Positions 11,663 to 24,841 of a stretch of 64,000 bases of DNA are shown here, one piece after another. Source of the DNA: Eledone cirrhosa (lineage: Eukaryota). The notes below the pieces were generated by a model, which worked only from the letters and a program-made list of their open reading frames with translations, was not told the DNA's origin and made no database searches. A program made the translations under genes and the position numbers. The stretch lies in NCBI GenBank assembly GCA_964016885.1, contig OZ024740.1:257238001-257302000 (forward strand), written 5' to 3'. Position 1 is the first letter of the stretch. Each line of letters opens with the position of its first letter.

Positions 11663-12180
11663 CATGTACATATATATATAATGATAATAATAAATGTCCT
11701 CACTTATTGAAAGAATCAACTCAAGATTATCTATAGTTGACTTATACGGCAATTTCATGATAAATTCCAGAATATGATGTTTATATTCGATCTAATGATT
11801 GGGTTCAATCTCCAATCATCGATCATATTAACAAACACTATTAAGACCATAGACCTTCAATCATCAGTAAGTGTTTAAGGATTTACTATATATATTTCAA
11901 TGTACATTAGCCACTCCACTGCCAAAGGAAGATGATCGAATAAGCCCATATTTCCAGAAGGCAGATATCACATGGCCGGCTGGCTTGAATCCATACATAT
12001 AAAACGTATATTGGTTAAGTTACTCAGCAATGTTAAGTCCAGAGCATAAAGTCATATAAGCTCGATGAAATATTATCCAGTTGAGAGAAAGCCACAAATA
12101 ATTGCATACATATAAAAAGAATAAAATTAGTTATTTCAAATGATAGAGTACATTTATTATTATCATTATATATATGACCA

Positions 12181-12370
12181 AGGGCGGTGGATTGGCAGTA
12201 TCGGTAGAGGGTCGGACGCCATGCTTTCCAGCATAGTTACGTCCCTTTACGATCTGAGTTCAAATCCCGCCGAGGTTGACTTTGCCTTTCATCCTTACGG
12301 GGTCGATAAAATAAAGTACCAGTAATGCACTGGGTAATTGCTGGCCTTGTGCCAAAAGTAGAAACAATTA
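12181..12370 (+). mobile_element. tRNA-derived SINE, subfamily B, full length with 16-bp TSD
   Basis: TSD attatatatatgacca at 12165-12180 and 12367-12382; A and B boxes intact. Confidence 0.95.
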
Positions 12371-12606
12371 TATATATGACCATGATACTAGTTGTTTCTA
12401 AACTAGATATATGAAAGAGACTTTTTTGTATATATATATATTTATTCAATCGAAGAAAGTTGATTGATTGAAAATCTGCCGACATTTTCTTAACAGATGT
12501 GAAGCACTCCATGGTTTTTGTTCATCAGTAGTTTTATTACAATAATGAATAAGAAAGACGGTTTCGTTCGTACATCCCTATTTATTTTGTTTTACGTATT
12601 TCAAAG

Positions 12607-12717
12607 ACGTAAGGCGATTATAGAAAAACTGCCCTACGTGACTCTTCAACCAAAAACATCCAAGCCTGGTTCCATTGATACATTACCGGTCATACCCGTT
12701 TTTCCGTTTGCCGACCA
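12607..12717 (+). CDS. Candidate internal coding exon of an unidentified host gene (111 bp, phase 2-2)
   Basis: Pyrimidine tract + AG at 12605-12606, donor GTAAGC at 12718, length divisible by 3, open frame RKAIIEKLPYVTLQPKTSKPGSIDTLPVIPVFPFAD in non-repetitive context. No homology recognised. Confidence 0.35.
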
Positions 12718-13574
12718 GTAAGCATATGTTCGAATTTCTCAAGTAGCAGTTCTTATATGTGCGGGAGATAGATATTCCAGTTGGCGTTTTTGCTTGTAAA
12801 CTGTCTTGGGTATCAAGTTACCAGATTCGTCGCTTGATTCATAGTAAGGCATGTAGGAACTGTTAGTCTATTTTCTTATTTTTTTATACTAGATTTTATT
12901 CACTTAGATACTAATTCTAATTTTAGATATTTGTACTATAAAAAACATAGCTAGGTTTTTTTTTTAACGCATTAGATAAATGTTTTCCTAAATTACAAAT
13001 ATCTAAATAAAATAATATATATTTAAAAATTAGTCAGTAATATACATTAAATCTCAAATTAATAATAACACTTAGGACATAATTCAGAGAGGCTTATCAA
13101 TACAAAAAATGAACTCATCAAATAAGGCTCAAAATTGACTGCAGTAAGGAGAAAGATTTGTTAAAGCCCTATAGACTTAGGTCGCTTGACAAGAGGTTTA
13201 CCCCTGTGGTGTGACGCACACAGGCTTTCTATACTTTAGTTTACTGCGAGCTTCCCTTTGGTCAATTCTGTCCAATAACTGAAGCCAGTAAAATGTAGAA
13301 GGTTGGGAAATCTTTATTTAACAGGTGCAGATATTGTTGAAGTAGAGAAGTAGACAGAGAGGGAGAGAGGGAGAGAGAAAGAGAAAGAGAGAGAGATAGA
13401 GTGAGAAAGAGGTGAAAGGATGGGGAGTGATCAAGAGGGAAAGTGATATGGGAAATGAAGTGTGGAGCTGGTTACTTATTAGACGAGGAAGGTCAGGTGA
13501 TACCAAGATTTTTATCTACCTATCATTGACAGTCTCATATATAAAAGATGAGGTATTTGTTACTTTACTCACTC

Positions 13575-13622
13575 ACAAACACACACATACACAAATACAC
13601 ACAACCACACACGCATACACTG

Positions 13623-13654
<32 letters not shown>

Positions 13655-13657
13655 GTA

Positions 13658-13741
<84 letters not shown>

Positions 13742-13922
13742 GAATAAAAATTATGTGAGATAAGAGAAAGAAAGATTGATTGTATGCTTGAGTTCTTAAA
13801 TGAAGCAAAACTGAGAGAGTGAGGGTGAAAGACGATGAAGAAACAAGTACGTACACACGCACACACATATACACATGTATACACACACACACACACATAT
13901 ATATATATTTACACACACAAAC

Positions 13923-13967
<45 letters not shown>

Positions 13968-14047
13968 GTGTTGTGTGTGTATAGCTAGTAAAATAAAACG
14001 TTGGAGGGGAGAAGAAACAGGTGCAAACCAGCAAACTAATGAAAGAT

Positions 14048-14131
<84 letters not shown>

Positions 14132-14282
14132 ATATACTTACACACATACACACATATATATTTATATATATACCCCGCCCCCCTCCCCCCATATATATAT
14201 ATATATATATATATAATTATATATATATATGGGGGGAGGGGGGGGGGTATATATAAATATATATGTGTGTATGTGTGTAAGT

Positions 14283-14360
<78 letters not shown>
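13575..14360. repeat. Compound (CA)/(TA)/(CT) microsatellites including a fold-back at about 14100-14320
   Basis: Direct observation; ccccgcccccctcccccc mirrored by ggggggagggggggggg with mirrored flanks. Confidence 0.9.
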
Positions 14361-14362
<2 letters not shown>

Positions 14363-17300
14363 TGGTTGTCCATCGTAAACGACGATGAGATCTTCTTTAC
14401 TTTAGTTCCCGTCTGCCATGGGCACGAGGTGGCTATGGAGGCCGATCCTTGACTTGCAGGTCCGGGGACCCTGGGGGCAGGGGAAGAGACCGAAGTCGCT
14501 TGGGGCAGCTGTTGATGTCTTTTTCCTTCTTTCACGGGCCTCAGTGACCTCTGCCCATCTCTTCTCTTCAAAGGAGGCTTTCGTGCGTCTGGTAAGGGCT
14601 CGCCACTCAGTCCTGTCCTGAGCATGAGACTCGAGTTGTTTTGGCGCCATTCTAGTGTTGTTGATACTGGACTTCACGCAGTCTTTGAACCTCTTGAGAG
14701 GCCTGCCCCGCTTTCCTTTCCCGGAACAGAGTTCCCCATACATCAGTTGCTTCGGAAGCCTGTAATCGTCCATCCGGATGACATGTCCCACCCATCGAAG
14801 TCGGCTCTTCAGTATCATAGCTTCGACACTGGTTGTCTCAGCCATGTCAATAACTTTGATGTTGGAGACCTTGTCCTGCCATTTGATGTTCAGCCTGCGC
14901 ATGTGGAACCGTTCCAGCTGCTTCAGGTGCCTTCTGTACAGGGTCCGCATAGGAGGCTGGTGAGAACAACGGCCCTGTACACCTTGAGCTTGGTGGACTG
15001 CCTGATGTTGTGCTGGTTCAGGACACGTGTCCTCAGGCGGCCAAGGTCTTGACTGGCCTTGCAGATTCTGGCGTTTATCTCCTTATCGAGGCTTCCATCG
15101 CCGCTGATGACACTGCCGAGGTACTTGAAGTCGTCCACCGTCTTTAGCTGGGTGCCTCCGATGGAGATGGAAGGAGGGTGGGCAACGGAGGCAGGTGCAG
15201 TCTGCAAAATGACCTCAGTCTTGCCAAGGCTAATTGTGAGACTGAAGAGGCAGGAGGCCTCCGCGAACTTGTTGACGATGAGTTGGAGGTCAGACAGCCT
15301 GCGGGCCATGAGGGCATAGTCGTCAGCAAAAAGTGCCACCAGGACGACCCTCTGCACGGGCCTTTTCTTGGCCGTCAGGCGCCGCAGGTCAAACAGGGAG
15401 TCGTCCAGTCTGTATCGCAGATACACTCCGTGCTCGAGGTCCCCGACGGCATGATTGAGCACGCAGGTGAAGAACAAAATGAAGAGGACGAAAGCCAGCA
15501 CGCATCCTTGCTTGAGGCCGTTGGTGATTCCGAACGGCTCCGATGCCTCCCCGCCCGAGCGCACCTTTCCGATCATGTCGTCATGGAATTGTCGTATCAG
15601 GTTCATAAACTTTGTCGGGCATCCAAACTTCGACAGATCGACGAGAGGGCTTCCCAGTCGACAGTGTCGAATGCCTTCGTCAAGTCTACGAAGACGGCAA
15701 AGAGGTCCATGTTCTGCTCGACACACTTGTCCTGCACCTGGCGTACAGAGAAGATCATGTCGATCGTGCTGCGGTTTGGGCGGAACCCACACTGGGCCTC
15801 AGGCAGGTTGGCCTCCGAGATGTTGGCGATGAGGCGGTTGAGCATGACCCGAGCCAGGACCTTCCCAGCGATGGACAGGAGAGAAATGCCCCGATAGTTG
15901 CCACAGTCAGTTTTGCTGCCTTTGTTCTTAAAAAGCGAGACAACTGTGGAATCCCTGAAGTCTTTGTGCACCTTTTCTTCTTCCCATATGCTGACGAGGA
16001 GGGTGTGGAAGGCCTCCAGGGCAGTTGGACCGGCCGACTTGGAGATCTCGGCAGGAATCCCGTCCTTCCCAGGGGCCTTTCCTGTGCTGGTTTGGTTGAT
16101 TGCCTTCTTCACTTCATCCAACGTGTGGGGGGGGGGGGGGGGGGGGTCGAGGCTGCCGCCTACGGGCTTCTGTGGGACCTGGTCAAGGGCGGCAGGGTCG
16201 TCAGTGGAGGGCCTGTTGAGCAGGTTGCTGAAGTACTCTCTCCACCTCGAGTTGATCCTGCTCTTCTGCTTCAGCAGGATCTAGCCGTCAGAAGACAGCA
16301 GCGGTGTGGTGACAGGCTTGGGGGGCCCGTAGACGTCCCCGATGGCGCTGAAGAACATTTTGGTGGTCTTTGTATCAGCGTATCTCACGACTTCTTCGGC
16401 CTTCTTTTCCCACCACTTCTCCTGCATTCTGCGTAGCACTGCTCGGGTCTACCTCTGGAGGTGCTTGAAGCGGTCGCGCTTCGAGGTGGAGGAGCTGTCA
16501 TTCTGCCACTCAATGAAAGCCCTCCTCTTCTCGTCCAGGAGTTGTCTGATGCGCTCATCGTTTTCATCAAACCAGTCATTGAGGACTCTCTTCCTAGGCG
16601 CGATGGTTGCCTTGGCTGACTCTGTCACCAGCGATCTGAACTGGTCCCACTGTTAATTTGGGGGTCCGGTCAGTGGTCCATGAGTAGTCAGCCGGCTGTC
16701 CAGGTCTTCCGCTAACGCATCACGATGCTCTGGCTGCTTGAGTCGTGCGACGTCGAAAGCTGGCCTACAGACTTTCGGAGTCTTGCGATGTGTCGGGGTG
16801 ATGTGCAGTGACAGGATGGTCCTGACAAGGCGATGGTGTGTCCAACACTCTGCACCACGCATGGCCCTGGTGATTCTGACGCCACGGATGTCCCTCTTGC
16901 GGCATATGACAAAGTCAATCAGATGCTACTGTTTGGATCTGGGGTGCATCCATGTCGTTTTGAACTTGTCTGCCCGGCGGAACAGTGTGCTGGTGATGGT
17001 GAGGTCGTTCTCGGCGCAGAAACTCAACAGCATGAGGCCGTTAGAATTCATCTTCCCTGTGCCGTGAGGTCCCAGCACGCCTCTCCAGTTGCTGCTGTCA
17101 GACCCGATTCTTGCGTTGAAGTCCCCCAGTAGGATGAGTCTATCGATTGGGGGGAGGGGCACCACGTGTGCCTTGAGTTCCCTGCAGAATGAAGTCCTGA
17201 TGGCCAGGCCTACCCCGTGGATTCTGTCCTCGTCCTTTGCATTGCCCTTCCAATAGAAGGTGTGGCCTCCTTTCGGTTCTGCTACTGATCCTTCTTCGGC

Positions 17301-18113
17301 AAGTCTAGTCTCGCTGAGGGCGGCTATGTCGATCCAGTAGCGAGCTAATTCTCTTGCTATGAGAGCAGTTATTCTCTCTGGCCTCAAGGAGGTTTCCCTA
17401 TCCGTGAGGGTGCACACATTCCATGCGCCAAGAATCAAGTTATTCTTTCTATTATGTTGGTTTCGACCGCTTGCAAGGGTAAAACCGTCAACCGCAGTAG
17501 ACTGGCCGGCTTTGTGTGGGACAAGCAGTTGGTTAGGGTTCCTTTTATCGCCCCTCCCCTCGTGCGAGGTTGAGCAGTGCTCCCCTGAAAAGGGCTGCTC
17601 AGTCGCCCGGTGGAATGCCTGATCTCCCCTGTCATCCCAGGGTCAGGAGAAGAACGACTTGCTCATCCAGGCCGCCCACGTGTGGGTTTGAGACTGGCAA
17701 CTCCCAGAGGTTACCTCCACCTGTTACCTCCGCTTCTAGCCCATCGCCGCAGGGCTTTGGGAGTGCACGCTATAGAAGAAACCTGTGCGGGAAAGGTTTA
17801 TAGTGGGAGGGCCAGTGCACAGTGACGGTCCCACTCACTCGGCCGCAGAAGCCAGAATCCAGTGGTACGGAGGGCCGTCACGACCAGGGACTTCCTTGGC
17901 TGCAGTGGATGGTCACGAAGTCTGTAGTGCCTTGCCGTTCCCTAGCGCTCCACACTGCTTGCTGTCGCCGCCTTCGTGATTGTTGGGACGATGTTGTCCT
18001 CCTCCACTCACTCCGCCGAGTCCAGTCTTCGCATGCAGGCATCCCCTATCTAACTCACCGAGGGAGTTTGAAACCCATCCGGCTGCCCTCAACTTGGTTC
18101 TGCCCGCCAGCAC
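14361..18113 (-). mobile_element. RTE-clade LINE, near full length (5'UTR, APE endonuclease, RT, C-terminal Zn-finger remnant, 3' stem-loop), frameshifted
   Basis: [123 protein letters not shown]; 3' hairpin catcgt..acgatg then (TA)n. Confidence 0.97.
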
Positions 18114-18430
18114 GTGTGTGCTTGTGCGTTTGTCTTGTTTGCGTTTACGAAGCGATTTCATTGCTTAGTTGTCCTGTTTATGACGAGGTGAAATTGCCGA
18201 ACGTAGATTCAAATTTGATTGACGTCACCTCTCGGCCACCCTGCCTTCCACATAAATCTACTACCCTGTCATCCATTTATTTCTGCAAAGGAAGTCGATA
18301 CATTATGATAAAGATCATGCTATCAGCTGTCAGACCATACTACCACACAAGACACCACAGTACTTTTGTCGGTCAAAGCAGCTGTTAGATAACAACCTCT
18401 CACATACCCATAATAACTTCTCCATTTCCC

Positions 18431-18635
18431 TAACCCTTCGTTAGCATATTCTTGTAAAATACACAGTCTATCATTTTCAATTAAATTTGAAAATAATCAA
18501 GAATGGAAAGACTTTGATAAAACATTTTTCTCAATATTAAAATGGAGAGTAAACTCATAAAATTACGATGGAATGGTTTTAAATAAATACGAGTTGTGTA
18601 AGAAAAGGATCAGGACTGGGCTCGCGAAAGAAGTA
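18431..18635. mobile_element. Possible decayed piggyBac-like MITE
   Basis: Begins taacccttcg and ends cgaaagaagta (degenerate TIR). Weak. Confidence 0.3.
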
Positions 18636-18649
18636 TTTCAAATCCTACA

Positions 18650-19125
18650 AAGAATCTACAAGTTTCCCTCGTGTTTAATGCATTTTCTCATACTTCTCCG
18701 CCATTCCTCCATACACTGCTGGAAGGATACTCTCGAGATTCTCCACTACTCGTACTCGAGATCCATGGCTCATCCCCGGTGATAACTCTCCTAGGCATGT
18801 CTGGCTCGGTTTCAAGACACTCGAGATGTCCTGACATATCTACAAGTGCGGTTCCTTCTGTTCTGGTCATCGTTCATCAGCTTCTGTACCATCTTTGGCA
18901 TGTCCAAATCGTTAGTGATATTCTTCCAAACGCTGTCGGGGTTCATGCCCATCTCATTTGCTACTAGTCGAACAGTCAGCCGACGATAGCTAGACACCAA
19001 CTGCTTCATGCGCTCAACGTTGGCCTCAGTCCTGCTCCTTAAGGGTCTTTCGCTCATGGGATCATTTCCTACGTCCTCGTATCCCTCTTTGAACCTCTTG
19101 TTCCACTTGAAAACTTATGAGTGCC
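18650..19125 (-). mobile_element. Mariner transposase relic
   Basis: RPLRSRTEANVERMKQLVSSYRRLTVRLVANEMG (HTH region) and RVITGDEPWI (first catalytic D motif). Confidence 0.85.
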
Positions 19126-19189
19126 ACATCGTGAAGAGACTAAAAGTATACAACCACCACCTGGACAAGACGACAGGCTATCACAGGGT

Positions 19190-19326
19190 TAAAACTCCAG
19201 CTATTGTTTGTACTCATTTTCAGCTGAGTATGCTTTCTCAAGAACACAATACACAATGCAGTCCAGGAATCGAACCCAAGACATTATGATCGTATGTCCA
19301 AGACCCTTACCACAAGGCTACGCGTG
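19190..19326 (-). mobile_element. tRNA-derived SINE head (second family), diverged
   Basis: Reverse strand has tagccttgtggtaagg (A box), ggttcgattcc (B box) and tgtgttcttgagaaag. Confidence 0.7.
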
Positions 19327-19634
19327 TCCACAAACAAACTACAATATGGTGTATTTAACCTTATATGTGAGATTGCTTCTAATACTTTTCTGATATTTTT
19401 AGCTATGGAGGTTTCGATTCTTCAGCATATAGTTATGTAAACTTTGCATTGTTATTGTCGAATAGCTTGTGGTTTTTGAATTGAAATCAGAAATGCATCT
19501 TTGATAATGTGAACGTTTGTATGTAAAGTGGAGGCTACATTCATAATAAAGAGAGATTTGAAGCTTGTTATTTTTCTTTGAATTGTAGTTTTAACTGAAA
19601 TCTGTAGTTTAATGTATGATTATATAGATAGTTG

Positions 19635-19775
19635 TGAAGGTGCGTGACTTTGTGATTAGAGAATTGGATTTGCAATCGTAAAGCTGCAAGTTCGATTCTC
19701 GGATCGGGCAATGCCTTATGTCCTTGAACAAGGCACTTTATTTCACATTGCTCTTTCTGCCGGGAGATGCGACCG
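19635..19775 (+). mobile_element. tRNA-derived SINE head (second family), diverged
   Basis: gaaggtgcgtgactttgtgattaga..agttcgattctc..tgtccttgaacaaggcactttatttcacattgctc. Confidence 0.75.
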
Positions 19776-20009
19776 GTATACAGTATCAGCATTGGAAAGA
19801 CCAATGGAAATATTGTTTCCTTGGTCCAATTGAAGAGTTCCACCCCACCCGGTCAGCGCATGAGGTTTAGGAAGCGATCGATTCCTATTTTATACAGTCA
19901 AGTTTAGCGCGATTGGCCGTTCGTTTGTCTGTGGATACGTAACATATACTTCTGTTAATATTGCTGAGGAAGTGGATATATTTTTATGAGTATAGAAGTG
20001 TGATTAAAG

Positions 20010-20150
20010 GCAATGAAGCGACAGACTCGTTAGAACCTCGAATAGAATACGGTATTTCTTTCACTTCTCTGTGCACTGAGTTCAAGGTCGGCCAAGATCT
20101 GACGTTGCCTTTCCTCATTTCGAAGTCGATAAATAAAGTAACAGTTGAAT
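20010..20150 (+). mobile_element. Old SINE of the Meta/MESC-like family
   Basis: tgagttcaag..ttgcctttcctcatttcgaagtcgataaataaagta. Confidence 0.6.
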
Positions 20151-20159
20151 GCTAGAGTC

Positions 20160-20456
20160 TAGTCTCTTTCTCCTCCCTTCACTATCGCTTTATTTTACCC
20201 TCACTCTATCTACCCACTCTCTCTATCTCTCTCTCGCTTCCTTTCCTCTATCTCCCTTTCAACCCACTCTCTCTCTCTTGCTTCCTTCTTCTTTCTCACT
20301 TTCTATTCCGCCTCTCGCTTCCCCTTCCCTCTCTCTCTCTCCCCCTCTCATTTCCCCTTTCTTTCTATCTACCCACTCTCTCTTACTTCCTTCTCCCCTC
20401 TCGTTCCTTTCCTTTCCCTCTCTTTTCCTTTCCCTCCCTTTCCCTTTCTCTTTTTC
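20160..20456. repeat. Polypyrimidine low-complexity tract
   Basis: Direct observation. Confidence 0.9.
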
Positions 20457-20774
20457 GAAGAAATCGACTTTGGTGAGACATAGAGAGGGATCGTCTCCAT
20501 CAGATTTAAAATGCTAAAACGTATGTCCCAATGGTGCCCATACGACACTACCAGGAGTTAGAGTCCCATGATCATATAAGGAGATGATTATAACTGGTAT
20601 TCGCACCGAGTAGTTCTTTTTCTCAATAATCGTATTTCTTTCTGTTATTGCAATATCGAAGTTGTTTTCAACGGTTATGGCAGATCTGATGGTGGAGTTT
20701 AATTTAAAATCTCTAAAGCCTTCCTTTTAAACGTTTACCTGATTTTTTCTGGGTAATTTTGTAATATACATAAA

Positions 20775-21045
<271 letters not shown>

Positions 21046-21717
21046 TAAGCATATATACACTATTGCTGTTGTAAATATTCGTTTACGTATGCGCATGTGC
21101 TGAAGAAAATGTCATAAATTCAGGTTTTATCGGAAAGTGATAAATTGGTGAAAAGAAAAACGCACAAACAATAATACACAGAGCAACAATTCTTGAAACA
21201 TCATGATACATTTACTTGTTAAAATTGTCAAAATGGTGCCAAATTGCAATCAAAATAACTACAATGGACATATTTTTCAACAAGGAAACATTTACACGAT
21301 TACCGCTTTTCTCTTATCTTTCGATGGCGTTTTTTGTATGTATGTATGTTTCTCTTCAAAATGGAATCTTCTAGTGAAATACGAGTGATTGAAAAGGTAT
21401 GTGTGTGTGTGTGTGTATGGATGGGGAAGGGAATGGGGAAATAAGGAAGAGTTTCTTCATATGACAATTAGTGTCAATCAAAAGAATGTTTTGCCTTTTC
21501 GACATTAAGATTCTATCAGATTTGGTATCTTGATTCCAACGATATTAGTTCGACATAGCAGACACATGAAGATGGCTGAAAATTGAAATGAGCAGCTGAA
21601 CGTGTTTTACATTATTTCTGTACACACATATATATATATGTGTGTGTGTGTGGGGGGGGGGTATGTGTCTGTGTGTCTGTGTGTGTGTGTGCGTGTATTT
21701 CATATATATATATATAC

Positions 21718-22197
21718 TTCGTTGTTGTGTTTGTTTTGTTAGTTTTTTTTATTTGAAAACGTATGTTGAAACAGATATTGCTATACGTTGGGAGGGTCAT
21801 GCTGCCAATAAAAACACACGCACTTGTTAGTTTTCACTTCAATTTATTATAAACTAGTGTTTTGTTTGATGTGTGTTCGTGATTGGGTGACTGTGTATTG
21901 GTTAATGTATTCTATCTTTACTAGTGTGTGTTTATATGTGTTTGTTGTTATTGTGCTTGCGTATGTATTTATTTATTTATTTATCTATTTATTTATTTAT
22001 ACTTCTCTTAGGTCAGTGTTGTTTGTTTGGGTGGTGTTGTTATTCCATTCATTCTTTCTGTTTAGCCTTGGCCTTCTAAGTTCTATTTCACTGGCCTCTC
22101 TGATTTGCCTATCTGCTGGGTCATTTCTATGTTTAGATATTATTCTAATTTCTATGTTGTCTATGTTACCGTCGTGTTGTTGTCTGGCATGTTAGTA
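21718..22197 (-). mobile_element. Penelope-like element 3' end (GIY-YIG C-terminus + pLTR)
   Basis: Manual minus-strand translation HARQQHDGNIDNIEIRIISKHRNDPADRQIREASEIELRRPRLNRKNEW; 21740-21850 matches 7445-7560. Confidence 0.8.
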
Positions 22198-22242
22198 TAG
22201 TACACGATTTCATATAAAAAACCTCGCAAAACTAATTTATCG

Positions 22243-22318
<76 letters not shown>

Positions 22319-22319
22319 G

Positions 22320-22560
22320 AAATATGTTTCGCTTCAAAAATACCTTTATACAGATATGTATAGAAAATTTCGTATTTCTAAAGAAACATGTTATGTTTAC
22401 AGGAAACCTTTAGGAAGCCGTAGCTTTGTAAACACCGGAGCTAGCGTATTCTGGTGGTGTCCAGCAAAAACAAGGGGTCAACCATCTATGCTTTTCAGGC
22501 TTGACTGGCCTTCATCAGGGCGATTCCTCCCACCGCTTTAGGCAATCGCTATTGCGTAAT
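22320..22560 (-). mobile_element. Inverted pseudo-LTR of the adjacent Penelope-like element
   Basis: 22537-22560 is the exact reverse complement of 23585-23608; contains a hammerhead; abuts (TA)n 22244-22315. Confidence 0.8.
22480..22525 (-). ncRNA. Minimal type I hammerhead ribozyme
   Basis: AAUCGCC-CUGAUGA-AGGC-CAGUCAA-GCCU-GAAA-AGCA-UA-GAUGGUU; perfect 4-bp stem II and imperfect stem I. Confidence 0.7.
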
Positions 22561-22619
22561 CAATTCTAAGTTTAGTTTGACAGTGCTGACGTTTGCGACT
22601 TGGTTGGCCTATTTATTTT

Positions 22620-23705
22620 AGACTTATTACCTGTTAAATTACCGGACTTACACACGGGAATATACCGCGACGATGGACTGACCTTATCGAGCCATAAAGT
22701 GTTCACGACCTCGACCGGTTTAAACATGACTTAGCTTCTACCTTCAATGAGTTATGACTTAGGATAACAGTAGCTATCAACCTCTCTAGCGTAGATTTCT
22801 TAGACATTAATTTAGACCTTCGCACACGCACCTACAGACCCTTCCATAGCTTAACGAAAAACTCAATTACATTCACAAAGACTCATGCCACCCTACCACT
22901 GTTATTAGAAACTTCGTAAATAATATCAGTAATAGAATCTCAAACCTCTCCTCTAATAAGGCTATATTTGACAGAGCGGCACCCTACTATAACACGGCGT
23001 TAGCTAACAGCGGTTTCTCGCAACCTATCACTTACTCTCCCACTAACAACAACAGCAATAAGAAAGCAAAGCGTAACAATAGACAAACTATGTGGTTCTC
23101 TCCTCCCTTCTCACTCAACGTTTAAACCAATGTAGACAAAAAATGTCTAGCCCTCTTAGATAGCCACTTTCCCATAGGTCATAAATGCCGCTCAATCTTT
23201 AACCGACACAAGTCAAACTAGGATACTCCTGCGCTAAGAACATGAAGGCTCACATCACCAACAGCTCCAGGGTGCTCTTGCCATAAGCCCGAAGCTTGTC
23301 CCCTTCAACAGCAATGCAACACACCCGCTGTAGTTTATGAAGCTGTAGTCACTTCCAACCGACCAAATCAACCACAAGAGGTCAAATCCTATGTTGGTAT
23401 GGCAGTGGGCCGATTTAAGGAACGCTTCCTGAACCACCAGTCGATCTTTAGGTACTCGGACAGACGTTCATCCACGAAACTCGCGAGCCATTCAATGGAA
23501 AGCCATCACTAAGTCCAAGCCATACGCAAGGGGCGATCTGTCGTGTGGACTATGTATTGATGAATGAATAAATATTCTAAAGATATTACGCAATAGCGAT
23601 TGCCTAAACTCAAGAAATGAACTCTTCACACGTTGTCCACACTAAGGAGCCGAAAAGTTGAAACATTCGTTCTCGGTATGGTGAACTAACTGTTGTGTAA
23701 CCACT
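22620..23705 (+). mobile_element. Penelope-like element (RT thumb + GIY-YIG), probably Hydra clade, decayed
   Basis: Manual translation: VDFLDINLDL, YIHKDSCHP, WFSPPFSLNV, VVYEAVVT..SYVGMA..FKERFLNH, CGLC..LNSRNELFTRCPH; (TA)n on both sides. Clade is inference. Confidence 0.85.
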
Positions 23706-23737
23706 TATATATATATATATATATATATATATAACAC

Positions 23738-23789
<52 letters not shown>

Positions 23790-23836
23790 ATATATATAAT
23801 ATATATATATATATGTATATATATAATATATATATT

Positions 23837-23872
<36 letters not shown>

Positions 23873-23927
23873 ATATATATATTTATATATATATATTTAT
23901 ATATATATATATATATATATATTTATA

Positions 23928-23959
<32 letters not shown>

Positions 23960-24120
23960 ATAATATATATAAATTATATATAGAATATATATATTTATAT
24001 ATATATTTATAATATATATATTTATATATATATTTATATATATATATACAATATATATATTTATATATATATATTTATATATATATATATTTATATATAT
24101 ATATATATTTATATATATAT
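23706..24120. repeat. Interrupted (TA)n tract, about 400 bp
   Basis: Direct observation. Confidence 0.95.
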
Positions 24121-24233
24121 AAGTTGAAAAAAATGAAAACGAAATTTCATTTCTCACTCTTAGTATGGCACTTACATAATGTAAGTATGTATGTATACGT
24201 ACATACATATATGTATACAGACGTACAGTAGCA

Positions 24234-24297
<64 letters not shown>

Positions 24298-24841
24298 TGC
24301 ACACAGGTATACATACATATATGCACGCATCAGTTTAGTCGACGTTTATTATAACGCAGCTTTGTTCGTTTGTTTGTCAACAAACAGAACAGCCTGAATG
24401 AGAAATGAAATTTCGTTTTCATTTTTTTCAACTTATCGTTTTCGGTATGCCTGACCGATTTAACTCACTCAATATGCAAATTAGGCTGCTCAGCCATTAA
24501 TTTTCATAAGGAAAGTATATACTTTCGAACGTTCAACTATCTGGCAGATGGGTAAACGGTGCTGATGATAGCTAACAAGCTTGAAACTAGTACATCGTTC
24601 CTGTGTCAGTGTTGAACAAAAAGTTGACGTGGTTGCCTTAACACCGTATGGCATAAATTCAGGCTGTTCTGTTTGTTGACAAACAAACGAACAAAGCTGC
24701 GTTATAATAAACGTCGGCTAAACTGATGCGTACATATATGTATGTATACCTGTGTGCATATATGTATATATATATATATATATATGCATGCTACTGTACG
24801 TCTGTATACATATATGTATGTACGTATACATACATACTTAC

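Noticed and set aside
11341-12090. Diverged direct repeat (taagttactca..agagcat..agttgaga) at 11341 and 12015
   Set aside because: Too short and diverged to call LTRs; no internal coding remnant.
12181-12290. tRNA-like A and B boxes
   Set aside because: They are SINE heads; no cloverleaf, so not tRNA genes.
15178-16436. Long + strand ORFs (239 and 274 aa)
   Set aside because: Antisense shadows of the GC-rich RTE ORF.
21850-22200. G/T-rich stretch suggesting hyperediting
   Set aside because: Largely the reverse complement of a GIY-YIG C-terminus and its 3' region.
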